A DNA stretch of 61,952 nucleotides, counting the filler. It is 3 parts of 3 records of this genome, joined end to end, with 100 filler letters (N's around TTAATTAATTAA, not from the genome) between each part and the next. Parts side by side here need not be neighbours in the genome. Positions count along the whole stretch, not along the records: positions 1 to 23,533 come from DRR378314_1227; 2 more parts are not named here. One strand, given 5' to 3'. Made by a program: the position numbers and the translations under genes. Shown here in pieces: positions 1 to 12,886 of the stretch. The notes beneath the pieces are model-generated. The model searched no databases and was not told the origin of the DNA. It was given only the letters and a program-made list of their open reading frames with translations. The number at the start of each line of letters is the position of its first letter. Position 1 is the stretch's first letter.

Positions 1-52
1 GGGGGGGGGGGCGCTACCAGGCGGCGCAGCGCAGTCCGGAGCCGGCACGCAC

Positions 53-2455
53 CTTGCTTGCAGCGCCTGGCTGGTGACTTTCTCGAACAGCTCGTTCACT
101 CGCGACTGCGGATCGTCATGCGGAAGCTTTGCAGACGTTTCAATATTGAATACCGAGAAAAAATGCTCCCGGCCTTGCAGCTTCTCTGCCAATTCCGCTC
201 CGGCGTCTGGAACAAACAGCCAGCGCACACGTGGTGGAAAACGTGTGAAAAGACGCGGTGACGACGAGGCCAAAAGCAATCTCATTGCCGTACAGGTAAA
301 CTATGAACACAGACAACAGCGCGGTAATCAAAGATCACAGCGCGATTGAATGCAGCGATCCTCGGTTCCCGTGCAAAGCAAGACAGGGAAAGTCATGTAG
401 TGGCAGTTGCTCGAAGAGGACTGGCGATGCGCAGCACGGAAGCATACTAAGCGGCACCGCGCGGGCGAGAATGAGTTGCCGTGCCGCAGAATTTGCATCC
501 GCATCGTGAAGCGTAAGATTTCCCGTCTACACACAAAAGAGAACAATGGTACACATAGGCGCTATTCGCACCTGCTGGAATTTCACGCTTTTCCGCAAGG
601 TCTGCCTTATTCCCGACGATTGCCACCACACAATTCTTTGGCCCGCGCGCCTCGAGCTCGTCTGCCCATTTGAGAACGCGCTCGAACGACTCCTGCGCAT
701 ACACGGCGCCGCGGATCATGCGCCAGCGGTGACATTGGCAGGTTCGAGCGCACAGAGTACCGGGCGCGAGCACAAAGGGCGGAAAAGGGTTCTGTGAGAC
801 GAGCGCGCGTGCCTGGGCGGTTCTGAACGTCGTCATCAAGTTCGATTTGTGTGCTCGACAACGAAGGACACAAAGCGGCGAGGCGCACAGCAGTATCCTC
901 ACGGTCAACACCTTCCGATCGAAACCGTAGGGAGAACATAGTCGCCGTTTCATCAGTAGTACACAGCGTCGTACCTTTCGAGAGATATCGTATGTAATTA
1001 CAGCAGCGTCCGCATCGCGATAGTACATCGAAACGAGATTGGCATACTGCAGAGCATCGATATCAGAGTGGCAGGCGATCGTGTGAGCAGCGAACAGTGT
1101 GGAGTCCAAGAAACAAAACCGAGCGGCGCCTGCGCGTCGTCGGCTTCGAGCTCCAGAGACCGTAGTCGTACACTTCCGGCGGTCGGAAACACGGCGGAGC
1201 GTCGAAAACGAATCCGCTCCCCAGACGCAGGCTGAGAGCTCTCGTATCTCATGCCTCGCTGTGACTATGACAGCAAAAACTGTGGGTCTTGATCATCGGC
1301 CACTCGTTGCAAAGATGCCGCGTCCACTACGAAATGCACATACGCGCTTTGTAACGGAAAGTGCTCTCTCGTGCGCACGAGCGACTAGCTTCACCGCAAC
1401 TCTTGAGAGAGAACACGCCACGCTACAGCGAACCACGTTTTTCTCCCTGCTGCAAAAATCGCCGAGACACACCTGTTCCTGCCCAGCAGTGTCCCAAATC
1501 TGCAACGAGTATCGTGTCCAGGGCAAAAAGCGGCACAAAAAGAGAGAGCGCGAAGTCAGACACACGCTTCTTGGCCGCGCTTGCGTGCGGCCCAGTTTTT
1601 CCCCACTATCGTTCAACGAGTCGACAGGAGCTTCCACTCTAACGAAACGACCCCATTATCTTGGATTGTATCTGATATGTGGCACTTGGTCGGTACAATG
1701 CGCACCTGCAGCGTACACGCCTCGCCGTCGCAGCTGACGCGCTTTTCGAGGAAGCTCGCCCTGCGAAGAACAAATAAGCACAAACTCACCAAGCTTAGAT
1801 CAAACGCTCCTCTATGCGCATTTACAACATACGTCTGACACACTGGCAAATAACGCACAAGGGTATTTGCTGGGGTAAGTGTCCGCGCAAGCTATGCAGG
1901 CCAAAGGGGAGCACAAGCCGCCTGACGCAGCGCGCAAACAGCAGAAGCGACAGCAAGAAGAGGAACTCACTCGCCCACGGAAAACTGAAAGAAGAAGCCC
2001 GTTATTCCGAAAGCACGCGGGGGCATTGATTTTCACCGCCTCACCAAGCAAGCCCCTTTCGCAACTGCACGATGGTTATCGCCATTCTGGGCGACACGCG
2101 TGCGCTTCGCTTTCTTCGTACCCGACTGTGGACCACTGGTTCTCCGTGAATGTGTTGTTGACGTAGCGGAGCGCAAGCGACGTCTTGCCAACGCGCCCGT
2201 CGCCCAGCATGACAAACTGTGCGCAAGTGTTGGCCATGCGTTCCGCATCGGCGAATAGGCAAGATCACGTTAGAAAAAAAGGGTTGATGAAAACCTAATG
2301 ACACATCAACTCCATTTTTTCTCTCGTAGGCGCGCATATTGGGCGCATTTCGCGCGGCGCAGCTGTGCCGTGGCAAACGTGCAGCGACTGCCGGGCGCAG
2401 CTCGTACTGCAGCGCCGACGCGTACCTTGAACTTCGACCCGCGCAGGGCATTCAT
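53..2455 (-). CDS. Rab5/Rab21/Rab22-family small GTPase, multi-exon, 3' end runs off the window
   Basis: Spliced GT-AG exons read MNALRGSKFK | FVMLGDGRVGKTSLALRYVNNTFTENQWSTVG | ASFLEKRVSCDGEACTLQ | IWDTAGQEQ (27-nt exon, 1473-1499) | YANLVSMYYRDADAAVITYDISRK | ESFERVLKW...VGNKADLAEKREIPA | ...ETSAK. All G1-G5 motifs are present. GxGRVGKTSL and YYRD resemble Rab21. Confidence 0.9.
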
Positions 2456-4639
2456 CTCTGTCTAAGCGTTTCACAATTTGCAGGCCGCAATGTTACGAAA
2501 TCACCGGATTGTATCAATAAAATATACTAATGTCCCCAAAATGAGACGATGGTCTGGGTTCCGTGCAGCTCGGGGCACGACCCGCGCGGTCGTCGTGTGG
2601 CTCGTCCACGCTCCTCCGGCAGCTGCTCCCCCTGCGACGCGCTGCCAGCCAGCAACGCGGTGAACTGCAAAGAGCGACGCAAGCACGTACGAGGCACAAA
2701 GAATAAATAGTAAGCAACAAATCTTGGATTAGCACTGATCTATCATCACTCACACAGCGATTGGTTCCCGTCGCTTTGTGCCAGCAGCAGCACGAAATAC
2801 GCGCAGGCAACGCCAAGTGACGAACCACCCGCGTACACCACGCAGCCGCCCGGCGCGAGCACGAGAAAGGTGAGCAGAGGGACTAGCCTGGCGCCTTGCT
2901 TTCTGCGTCGCTGCTTCCGTGCAGGTGCACCGCGAGGACAACAATTCGCACAAACCGGGCACCGCCACGTTCATCAACCCGCAGAAAGAAGCAAGTGACA
3001 GAGATTTAAAATAAATACGAACGCATAGAACCGCATGGTTTCCCGAAGCGCTTCAGCACTTCTGGCGCAGGCGATAGCGCTTGGCCAGTAGGTACGTGCG
3101 GCAAGCACAAAACCAGAAGCTCAAGCTCGGCAACAGGTGTTGCGCGCGCTCTGGTCACCCGAAACCGCTGCGGCTATCTCCGCGTCGCAGAAACGCACGC
3201 TCCATCCCACCCCGCACAAGAGACAGCGGCGCTTTTCGTGTACATGGTAAATACATTGCTGATTCAAATAATTTTTTTTTGCGGTGCATACTGACTGCGC
3301 GTGCGGGGCTGGAAGCGCAGGAAGTCAAAGCACTTGCGTTCGCAGCACCGCAGCAAGCACTGACGATGGTGCTGGGCAGGTGGTTCGTCGCGCCTGTGGC
3401 GGAAGAGAGTGCAACACAAATAGAATTGCAGAAGAGCGCAAGCGCTGCCCTGGGTTTTCCTCCCGTTATCGGGATGCACACAAATCTTTACTGCACGAAT
3501 TCACCCAATCGCCCGGCGTGCAGTGCGTCAGCGCGCAAGATGCCGCAGTGGAGCGGGCTAAGCGCATCTCGGCGAGTCCGCAGCCAAACTGAGCCCTGGG
3601 TAGACCCGCGCATGTGCTGGACTGCGTCCGACCCCGCACCTTCGCACAGTGCTGTGATGAAGCAGCCCCGTCCGCAGGCAGCAAGGAACGGCGCGGCAAA
3701 TGCAGCAGCGGTGACGTCCACGAGACACGGTTCAGCAATAGGGTGGAGTGTGTAACATGGTCGCCCTAGCTGGCCTGGTGCAAAGCCTTGTGGGTCTCGC
3801 CCGGGCTGCTTGCCCGACTTCCATGACGCACGATTCCTTGGCCCGCTGCTGAGCAGCGCGCAGTAAGCTATTCCCTCTTCCTCAATCAAGTTGGGCCATC
3901 AGATGAGTGCATGTCACTTTTGCTCTCCGTGGGCCGCGAGCGTCAAGGATCCGCTCTCCCGCTCTTGCAATTGGGTGCAGGAAACAGTGTGCATCACATC
4001 CTTTCCGCTCCAACGAAATCTGATGCAATGGTTGCGCGCCCTTTCCAGAACGACGACACAATATCTGCCACTTTATTCACGTATGAATAGATTTGCATAT
4101 TTTTTGAAGAATGAATTGGTGGGCAGACTACAGGAACAGGAGAGATCTTCACGGTGATTGGCGCACGAGACACCGACGTGCCGAGGCGCTCTGGCCGCCA
4201 ACCGAGACCTGGCCACAGCAGCAGCAAGACAATCGTCAACGCACAGCAAGGAACCAGGACGAGCAGAAACAGGATCACAGACAGTTACCGAAAGACAATA
4301 CTCAAAATTACAGCGCATGCTGGCATACCATGGCAGCAACTTGCGAACGCATGCTTGCACGGGAAGTCGCGAGCAACTTTGGCAGAACCGAGCGACCTCT
4401 GCGGCTCGCGCGATTCACAAGAGGTTGTCTACGCGTCGCAAAATCCTCCCGGAACGATGCCAGACCACTTCCCAATTTTCAGCATCGACGTACCCAAGAT
4501 GTCATAAATCACTTTTATATTCTATATTCTGGCAGGAAGAAGGAGAAAACGTTATGTGCATGCGCCCCGTCCGTTGCAGACTGTCAGGACGCAACCGCAG
4601 TCGCCGCAGGAGTGTGGTTCACTGGGGTCATACCAGCGT

Positions 4640-6165
4640 ACCGTCATTTGCATCCACATCTTATCATTCCCTGCTGCGCCTGCCTCCATACTTCGATCGT
4701 ACGTCGTTTCAACCGATTTCCCTTCCTTATTCAAATATTGTACCTGCTGGCGAAGTATACCTGAAACAGAATCAAAGGCAAGCGTCACGGTCGCATCCTA
4801 CAGAGAAGAAATGCAAACACCGCAGGGCAGTGTTGCTCTCAGCAACCGGCGCACACAGAACAAGCGTACGGTTCGCACTGCGCCAAGGAAATACAAAATA
4901 AAAACAAAACGTGATTCTGACATGTTTACACCCAAACGTGAAGTGATCCAAATAAAGCGAATATGCGCGTTCCTCTTGTCAAGGTACGTGCATACGGGCC
5001 GCTCGGATGGCAGAGCACCGAGGAACTGGATAGCCCGACGGAGCCGCCGAGCACCGCCAACAAGCTCCGCTCAGTTCCTATTCGTGGCGATTGCACCACC
5101 GCAAGCAGCATACCACTTCTCCTCCAAATTGGGATATCTTCGTCTCAGTAGGAACTCCAAGTTCCAGCTCGCTGCGTTGCTGAATAGCACACATCCATAA
5201 GGAATCACCCCGGATTAAAAAGGCAGGAATTCGCGGGCAATGAAAGAAAAGAACCGCTTCAGCACAATAGAAAGCGCATCGCTTGCTCCGCCCTGTCACG
5301 CTTTGCTCGTACGCAGAGCGGATAGGCACAACGCATCACCAGAATCTTCTGCAGTGCGTTATCATTGCACGAGACTGAAACAAATGAAAGCCTCTTCCTT
5401 CCACGCATTCCATTCTGTAGCGTTGTAGGTTCCGAAATGGCGGAACAGATGCCAGCGAGAGACAAGCCGAGGCAGGAGCAAGGAGGATTTTGTTCTCTTG
5501 CGTTCGCGCTCAATAGGACCGAATGCGGTTTCTCGCCGCCGCAGCAGCAGGTGCGATCAACGAGCACTGCCAAGCGCTGTACTCTCCATATCCAACCACG
5601 AACTCCAACCTCCTCTTGGACGAAAAATGACCGGTCTAGTCTGACATCACTGATCAGTGATCTACAAAAAAAAAACTCTGCATAAAAATATGCAAAGCCT
5701 CTTCGTACCTCCCCGCCTACCGGTGGACGAACCACGATCGTAAGCCGAGCGCCAGACGCGGAGTATTCGTGCGTTGGCGAAGACTTGTCAATGACTTTCC
5801 GCACAGGCCACGGGACACCCAGTAGCTGCAGCAAGATCGCGCACGCATAGAAAGTCCAAGGAAATCATGCATTAGAAGTTGTGCACAAATTCACGTCTTC
5901 TGCGCACCTATCTTGTCGTGCCCCGAAGGGTATGGGCTCCGTGTACAGAAGCAGCGCGGTCGGCACAACAGCGCTCGCTGGTCGTTCGATGATCCGTTGT
6001 GGCTGCGCAGTTGCGCCTTTTCCTTCTGCCTACTGAGCTCCACACGCTGGATATTGACGCGATAGGTGCGCAATATACCTGGAGAACGGCGTCGAGCGAC
6101 TGAGATTGACCATGGTCAAGCTTGAATCGCCCGACAAACGGAAGCAGTACGTTGTCGGTGCTCAT
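4640..6165 (-). CDS. Possible fatty-acid-binding-protein/calycin-like beta-barrel protein (multi-exon, 3' end uncertain)
   Basis: Exons join as MSTDNVLLPFVGRFKLDHGQSQSLDAVLQ | LLGVPWPVRKVIDKSSPTHEYSASGARLTIVVRPPVGGE | QRSELELGVPTETKISQFGGEV. This resembles the FABP N-terminal pattern (G.W/F.L..S..fD..L..LGV....RK). Confidence 0.45.
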
Positions 6166-7875
6166 TTTGTTGGTTCGATCCAGTACAGGCCTCAGCGAAG
6201 AACGCGCGTGGTAGCACTCCGCTACACTCGTCTGCGAAGAGAAACAAGAGCCTGCGAAGTTCCGATTGATTCCAAACCAATCTACTGCACACCCTCCCGA
6301 CGTGTCTGGGCACGCTTGGGCGAAGAGGTCGCAAGGAAACTGGCTGCCGCGTGCGGTGCGGGAACGAGCACCTCCACCGCAGCGTCTGCGCGCAGGTACG
6401 GTTTGCAATGTAGGGTGGATACGATTCGCATTGTACAGCCGATGAAGCACAGAGAACGCTCTAGCGTTGTGCAATCTTTTCGTAGAGAAAAATCGCTTTC
6501 TGCGCCGGGAACCGCTGTATTTTATGCGACTCTATCGTGACAGATACGACTGTACCGTGAGAATTATCGTTGCTGGGGATGTATGTGAGGGATGTTTCAG
6601 TGAAACGCCAGCGTATTGGTCCGGCAGTTGGTCGTGCACCATTGTCATGGCCTGCACGTTACGCAAAGCCGACTTGACTACTTGAGATAGGGCTGTTTTT
6701 CTGTCTCCCCCCACGCCAGTCAAGCCACTCCCGCAACCGGCTGCCGTTCTCTGCGAGCGCGAGTGGACAGCCGCGCCGTCATCTCCGCACCTACAGACTG
6801 CGCGTGTAGGCGGTGCAGCAAAATCCGACGGGCCCAGAAGCCGCGTCGAGGTCTTGGTCGTGCGTCGCGAACGCCTTGCAGCGCGGAGAGTGCGCACCGT
6901 CTGCCCAGTGCGCCTACCGCGCCGTGACACCAACTTTCCTTGCGGATCACTGGACGTGGTACTGTAAGGAGCACGGAAGTGTTATCTACCAGCAAAGCGT
7001 GTGCCGCGAGGGTGGTTTCGGGTCTTTCGGTCGCACGGGAGCTTCGTGGGCTTGTCGCGGATCGGAGGTCCTTGGCTGGCAGCGGGAAAGCGCTTAGCTC
7101 GTAGGGTTACCTGGCCAAAGGGCGCGTGGGCGCGTCGGAGTGGCGAGTCTGTATCTCGCGCGTCGCCGTTGCGGGAAAAGCACGCGCACGGTGCACCGCT
7201 TCGTGCCACTATCCAATTTGCGTCAGTCTACTCTGGTGCATACGGTACTTTCGCAAGGGAGGTGAAAAGAGGCTCCAATTTCCTGCAGCGCGCAAGCTCG
7301 CTATTGTACACGGGAAGGAGTTCGGCGCGCCATCGAGAAGTCGACGCACGTTGGCCAGCAGCGTTGCCGCTTTGAGCACGGATACACGATTGCTCTGCTT
7401 GCAAGGTTCACGCGGCGTTGCATCCTCCAGTGCTCGCTTGTTTTGGGGCGTGTATTTTGCGCTGCTACCACGCCTCGATCGTCCGGCGTTTCGCGGTGCC
7501 TGACCCCTCGGCAACAACACGAATTACCACTTTTTCTGCGACACTTGTCTCAGCGTGCTTCGTTTTGGTGAAGAACGAGGAGCGCGCGGCGGTGAAGAGC
7601 GGCGCCGTGTGTACTTCCCGGCGCGGTCCCGTGGAGGAGACTGTGTGCTGCCCTACGTTCAGCACCGGTCGTGCTATATTTGCGCCCCCCTCGCTGCTGG
7701 TCAGGCGCGGCGCGCAACGTCGCTGCGGGTCTCGGTTGTAGGCGGTTTGCTTCACGACCACGCCAGTTCATCTCTGGCACCGCAAGAGTTGAGAAATCGT
7801 GATTTTGTTTCAATCTTAGGAATATTAAAAGCGTAGGCGCGTAGTTACAGCTCGGGAAGTGCACGGAAGGGCAGT

Positions 7876-9687
7876 ATGCATCCAATGCAGATCGCCGAGT
7901 TCAACCCGCTTGAGAGCAGGAGTGTATCGCCGCGGCTGCCCGACGTGACAGCGTCGGTGCCTGCCGTGTCGTACTTTGGCAGCGCCCCAGTGCCCTCAGT
8001 GCAGGCCTCTTCCGCGGCGCAGCAGGATAGCCGCGAGCCTACCCCAGGCACCACTCCGAAGCCATTTCGTGTCGAGTATCAGGCAGCAGCATATGTAAGC
8101 GAGGACTGGAATGCCTTCGGCTCCATTCAGCGCGATGCGGCGGCGGGAGTGGCCTTCGGGCGACCGGAACACGGCGACGCGCGGGAACTGTTTGCTCCCT
8201 CGTCGAGCCTAGCAGAGCCCGAGGTCTGGGACGTGCACGCTGCTGACGGCGACCGCCGTGTCAGCACGGAGGATACGAGCGACCCGCGGCCTTTAGCTAC
8301 GCTTGCATGTGTAGCTGCAGGCACAATGGCATCTGGACTGGCCCCGCAGGCGAGTATGGAAGCGAATCGCGCCGGCGAGGTCGTGTTTGCGAGCGCGCAG
8401 CTCCCGTTTGGAACGCCAGAGCCGGCTGTCGGCCGTTCGGCAACGCCGCGCGCGACCGGCGTACGATGGGCTACGCCTCCTCCGATGCCTCCGCGCATGC
8501 CGCCAGCTAGTATAGGCACATATATTCCGCACATTCTTGTGTCAGAATCGCCTGTCTTCAGCGCAGATTTCGAGCCGCCGAGCAGCGCGCCCCCGCAAGG
8601 TATCGGCGGAGTTTCCCCGTCTCCGCCTCCAGTCATGGACATGTGCGCTCTCACGCTCGCCACTCCTCCTCCCACAGGCACTCCGACGCCGCAAGGCGGT
8701 GGGTACGTGTTCGCATCTGTGGAAGCGGGCGAACTTTCGCAAGATGTTGTCGGAGAAATTCAGCGGCGGTACGGCGTCCCGCGCGATGTGTACGCTGCAT
8801 CTTGCCTTGCGGCAGAGCGCAGCGACGCAACCCCTTCGCCACCGGCAACGGTGTCCGCTGCAGCGCCCGTTGGCTGCGCGCCGGGCTCCGCGTCTAAGCC
8901 TGCTTACTCCTCCATGCCAAAGAAGCGCGCGGTGACGCCCCAGCTCATTTCGCCGATGAAACGCATGAGACTCGATAATTCTACGACTGGTACAGGCAGT
9001 GCAGTCAAGTTGGGGCAAGCTGCAGCCGCGGCGGCCCCTTCCGTGCCGATGAGCGAAGGAAGTGCCATACCGGGAGCACCGGCAACGCCAGACACTGCTG
9101 CTACGAAGAATCCGCGCGCGAGGTCAGAGTGCACAGAAAAGACTCACGCTCCGTCGCGAGCATCTTCTGGCTCAAAGCCCGGGTCAAAGGCGCGAGGAAA
9201 GCAGGCCGTCGCCGGCAACAATCCCAAGGAAGCAGACACCCCAGTCGCGCCGACGACAGCGGAACCGATTCTTCCCGGCGAGGCATCGAAAGAGCGCCAG
9301 GCTGCACGATCGCGCTCTAGCGTGCAAGCACCAACATTAGTCGAAGGTCAGCGGTCGTCGAATTTCCGCGGCGTATGCTGGAAACGGCGCGAGAGGCGGT
9401 GGGAGTCGAAAATCAAGCACGGTGGACTTCAGCACCACTGCGGGCACTTTGATACGGAAAACGATGCCGCGCGTGCGTATGACCTGAAAGCAATCGAGCT
9501 CAAGGGAACTGCAGCGCAGTTGAATTTCCCCGACTCGTTTGACTACGTCAAGAAGCACGGCCTGCTGGATGAGAACGGGCGCTTGCGGGGCGATGTGCGC
9601 GACCTCCTCGGATGTCGACGCATGCATCGAGCGCGTGCGAACGGTGCTCGTCAAGGCACCGCAACGGCTTCGTCAAGCTCTGGATAA
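7876..9687 (+). CDS. AP2/ERF-domain DNA-binding protein, single exon, 603 aa
   Basis: Long ORF with a low-complexity Pro/Ser/Ala N-terminus and a C-terminal AP2 domain SSNFRGVCWKRRERRWESKIKHGGLQHHCGHFDTENDAARAYDLKAIELKGTAAQLNFP (~9355-9531). Confidence 0.9.
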   Translation: MHPMQIAEFNPLESRSVSPRLPDVTASVPAVSYFGSAPVPSVQASSAAQQDSREPTPGTTPKPFRVEYQAAAYVSEDWNAFGSIQRDAAAGVAFGRPEHGDARELFAPSSSLAEPEVWDVHAADGDRRVSTEDTSDPRPLATLACVAAGTMASGLAPQASMEANRAGEVVFASAQLPFGTPEPAVGRSATPRATGVRWATPPPMPPRMPPASIGTYIPHILVSESPVFSADFEPPSSAPPQGIGGVSPSPPPVMDMCALTLATPPPTGTPTPQGGGYVFASVEAGELSQDVVGEIQRRYGVPRDVYAASCLAAERSDATPSPPATVSAAAPVGCAPGSASKPAYSSMPKKRAVTPQLISPMKRMRLDNSTTGTGSAVKLGQAAAAAAPSVPMSEGSAIPGAPATPDTAATKNPRARSECTEKTHAPSRASSGSKPGSKARGKQAVAGNNPKEADTPVAPTTAEPILPGEASKERQAARSRSSVQAPTLVEGQRSSNFRGVCWKRRERRWESKIKHGGLQHHCGHFDTENDAARAYDLKAIELKGTAAQLNFPDSFDYVKKHGLLDENGRLRGDVRDLLGCRRMHRARANGARQGTATASSSSG

Positions 9688-11364
9688 AATGGACCGTGCG
9701 CTGGGCTTGCGATTTGCGCGCAAGGAAAACAAGAGCGTTCGAATTGTGCATATACTTGTTGATCTTTCCTGGCGCTTCCCGTTTTCGCCCTGGTCTGCGA
9801 AGGGGGGGAGCTCTGCGGGGATATCGTCATTTTGCAGTGGTATTGGCGTCGAGAGAGTGCGAGTCGCGCGTATAGATTCGGCAAGCTACTACGATGGGGC
9901 AATTGAGCTGGGGACGCGAAGCGCGTTACTGTATATGCCTTGGCATCTCAATGTGCCTGTGCAGTATTTTTCATTTGCTCGGGCCGCGCATGCGGATGCG
10001 TCCTCCATGGAGTGATATTTGTCATAGCTTGTATTGCCTTGCGCCGATCGCGCGCTGCAGTACTTCTTGCTCATATCGGAGTGTACTGGCTTGGAAAGTG
10101 TGCGCGTTCCTTTCCTCGCATCGCAAAGAGAAGTCTCTCGCTGTTGTGTCCGTGTGTATATCTGTGGGTGTCGACGCGTATCGCATACGGTCGTATGAGC
10201 TCAGCGTTCACAGTCGCGCCTGAAGTACAGGCAACAGCGACGTTGGCCCTCTCTCTCTCTCGAATAGCTCCTCTCCGCGCTCCTGCAGTGTGCAAGAAGT
10301 AGCGACGACTCGCTATGTGTGACTGAATGGCGCATGCATTGCTTCTTTCCTGTGGTTGCGGGCGGCCCCCTCTCTCTTCTCTCTTTGTTCTGCTTTCGTG
10401 ACCGTGAGCGCGCGTATCTGCGCGCCGTGCTCGCGATCGTGATGCGCCAAGTGCGCCCTGCGAAAGAGGGAGCTGTGGCTGCCCGCCGCAGTGCTGGCGA
10501 TGCGTGCGGCCTTTTCAAGGACTTCGTGGCGACGAGACACCTCTCTGTAATGAAATCGTTTGTATGCGTTGTCATCTGGGATCGTATATACTCTTATTGT
10601 ATTTTTGTTGTAGCAGTTGCATTGAGCTGTTGTGCGGTGGGGTCCAGCGCGGATGCGGAAACGCCCCAATGCTTCGGGTAGCGATTGCTGCGACACTTCC
10701 GGGTATTTCCGCCCCGATTGGGCGGTATGTGAATAAAGAACCCCGGTTTCTACGCCTCTACTGTGTGCTATACGTGCGTATGACAGGCTAGAGGGAATCA
10801 AAGGATAGGAAACATCGACGCTCAAAGTGCGCACAGAAGGCGTGATTACACACGCTCTCACGCAGGCGCAAACCGGTGTATCCTGCTTCCGCGCGCAAGC
10901 AAGAACGTTCTCTGTCGAGCCCACCAGTCCATCCTAGAGCGCACAATTCATGAACATTAAGGTCTGAGAAAGTCTCGAATCGAGAGCGACAAGGGTGACG
11001 GTGGAAGCATCGAGTGAGCATTCATTCGTAGTCTTCGCCGGAACGCGCACGGCAGCGCCTTGGCTTTGCGCTTGCGCACGAGATTCACAGCAGCCATCTC
11101 GTTCACCCAAGCCCGCACCCCTCTTGTGCACTTTGTAATCAAGCCTGTAAAAATATTCGTTCCCACATCGAGAACAGTACACAGAAAAAAAACACAGATG
11201 CGCTCAAATAAGTCGCGAGAAGATCGCAGGGCAGTCGAGGCAGCGCGCGCGCGGGGAGAGGTAGCATTCGGAATTCCACTGTCCAGTACCAAGAACAACG
11301 TCACCTCTTCGTACGCCAGACAAGTCTACATCAAGCTGCGGCACGCTTGGCAAGGACCGTCGAG

Positions 11365-12300
11365 CTACGCAACGAAAAATATAGTACGCACCGCTGGAGG
11401 CTTGGCACTTATGCGCAGCGCGTGCACCTGAGTTTCGAGCTCCTCCTTGAGTGCACTGTTCACGAGCCTGTACGAGAGAACAGCACCGCGCAGGAGACGC
11501 GTATGAGCGGGGAGCTATCGCGCGGTTTACTGATTCGATCACCGCCATTCCTCCTATACGATGAACGTGCCTCTAAACCAATCACGCACAAAGAAAAAAT
11601 ACATTACATTATCTACACAAGTACGGGCTAGCCTATACGCGAAAGTCGCGCCCTGCAGCGAAGCCTTGAAGTGCGCCGCCGGGAGGTGCTCGCGTCGAGC
11701 GCTTTCGAACACGTGCAGGGCGAGGCAGCAGCAGCTCGTGCCTGGGCGAAGACTCCGCGCGCGTACCTGTGGCGCTGCACAGCAGATTTTCCAGCAAAGA
11801 CGGGCGACTCAATTTCGACAGAAAAATGAGTCTCACCAGTTCCCGAAAATCCATTATGTCCACGATGCGCGGGGCTTTCGTCGCGAACAACAAGCTTCGT
11901 GGGGTTCAGCGCCTCGGTGAGCTGCAGAGGGAATGGCAGCGCGAAACGAAGCAGCGGCCAACGCGACATCGCGTGTCGCCTGTGGTCAAGCCATCGTTGC
12001 TTCCAGATCGCAAGCCCGTCTTATCCATGAACGCGAATTCGCTTGCTGGCGTGCGCTTTCTTGTAAATCCATGTAGAACTGCGTAGAACTTCTTCCGCAT
12101 CAAAGCTGCTTTCTCAGAGTGCAAACGCGTGGGCGGCGAAGCTCACACCGCGCTAACCACACGGTACGAGCGCGCTTTCCTCTGCAGCGGCATGGCTCTT
12201 CTACCCCGCGTCTGCGCAGCACAGCAAGAATCCCACGCTCGCAACTTTGCTATACCTTTTTCTTTATGCGATTGAACATAGGGCGAGCGACAGAGGCCAT
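11365..12300 (-). CDS. bolA: BolA-family protein (BolA1-like), three or more exons
   Basis: MASVARPMFNRIKKK | LTEALNPTKLVVRDESPAHRGHNGFSGTGETHFSVEIESPVFAGKSAVQRHR | LVNSALKEELETQVHALRISAKPP. Carries the canonical BolA motifs ETHF, F.GKS.V.RHR and HAL. Both termini are uncertain. Confidence 0.9.
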
Positions 12301-12886
12301 GGCGGCGCTTGACACAGAGTGTTGAGTTTCGGGCAGCCGACTCGCTAGGCAGTGTGCGTGGCTCACCGAATCGTCAACCTTCGGCAGCTTCCGCCGCACA
12401 GAGGTAGGCACGCGGGAACCCTGCGCACGAAGGAGTGATCAAAACATATCTCAGTCAAGATTAATTATATACGTAATAGTATGATTTGATCAAGAACTCC
12501 TACCACACTAGGTAGGGTTGCACGCTGGCAATGTGTCACGTCAGCATGTTGTACATCGCTTCGTATCTGTGTATGAAACCTGTGTCGCCTTCCTCAGATT
12601 CCTTTTCCACAGCCGATCATTTGCACGGTTGCCAGTGTGGGGCTACTTGTGTTGCCATCTCACACCAAGGACAGAATTTGTATGGATTGTCTGTCGGCAA
12701 ACGATCGCGATACAAAATAGCCGTATATGACACGGTTGAAAATAGGGTTTTTCGTCCATGCCTGCCGACGATCGCCAAGACGAAAAAGTGATCTGGCGTC
12801 TCTTTCCTTTGCACTGAGCGCCTGGGGCGGCGCTGTTGGCTCACGGACTATTTCCCGCGGCGCCTTTGAACCTGCACACGAACGCC

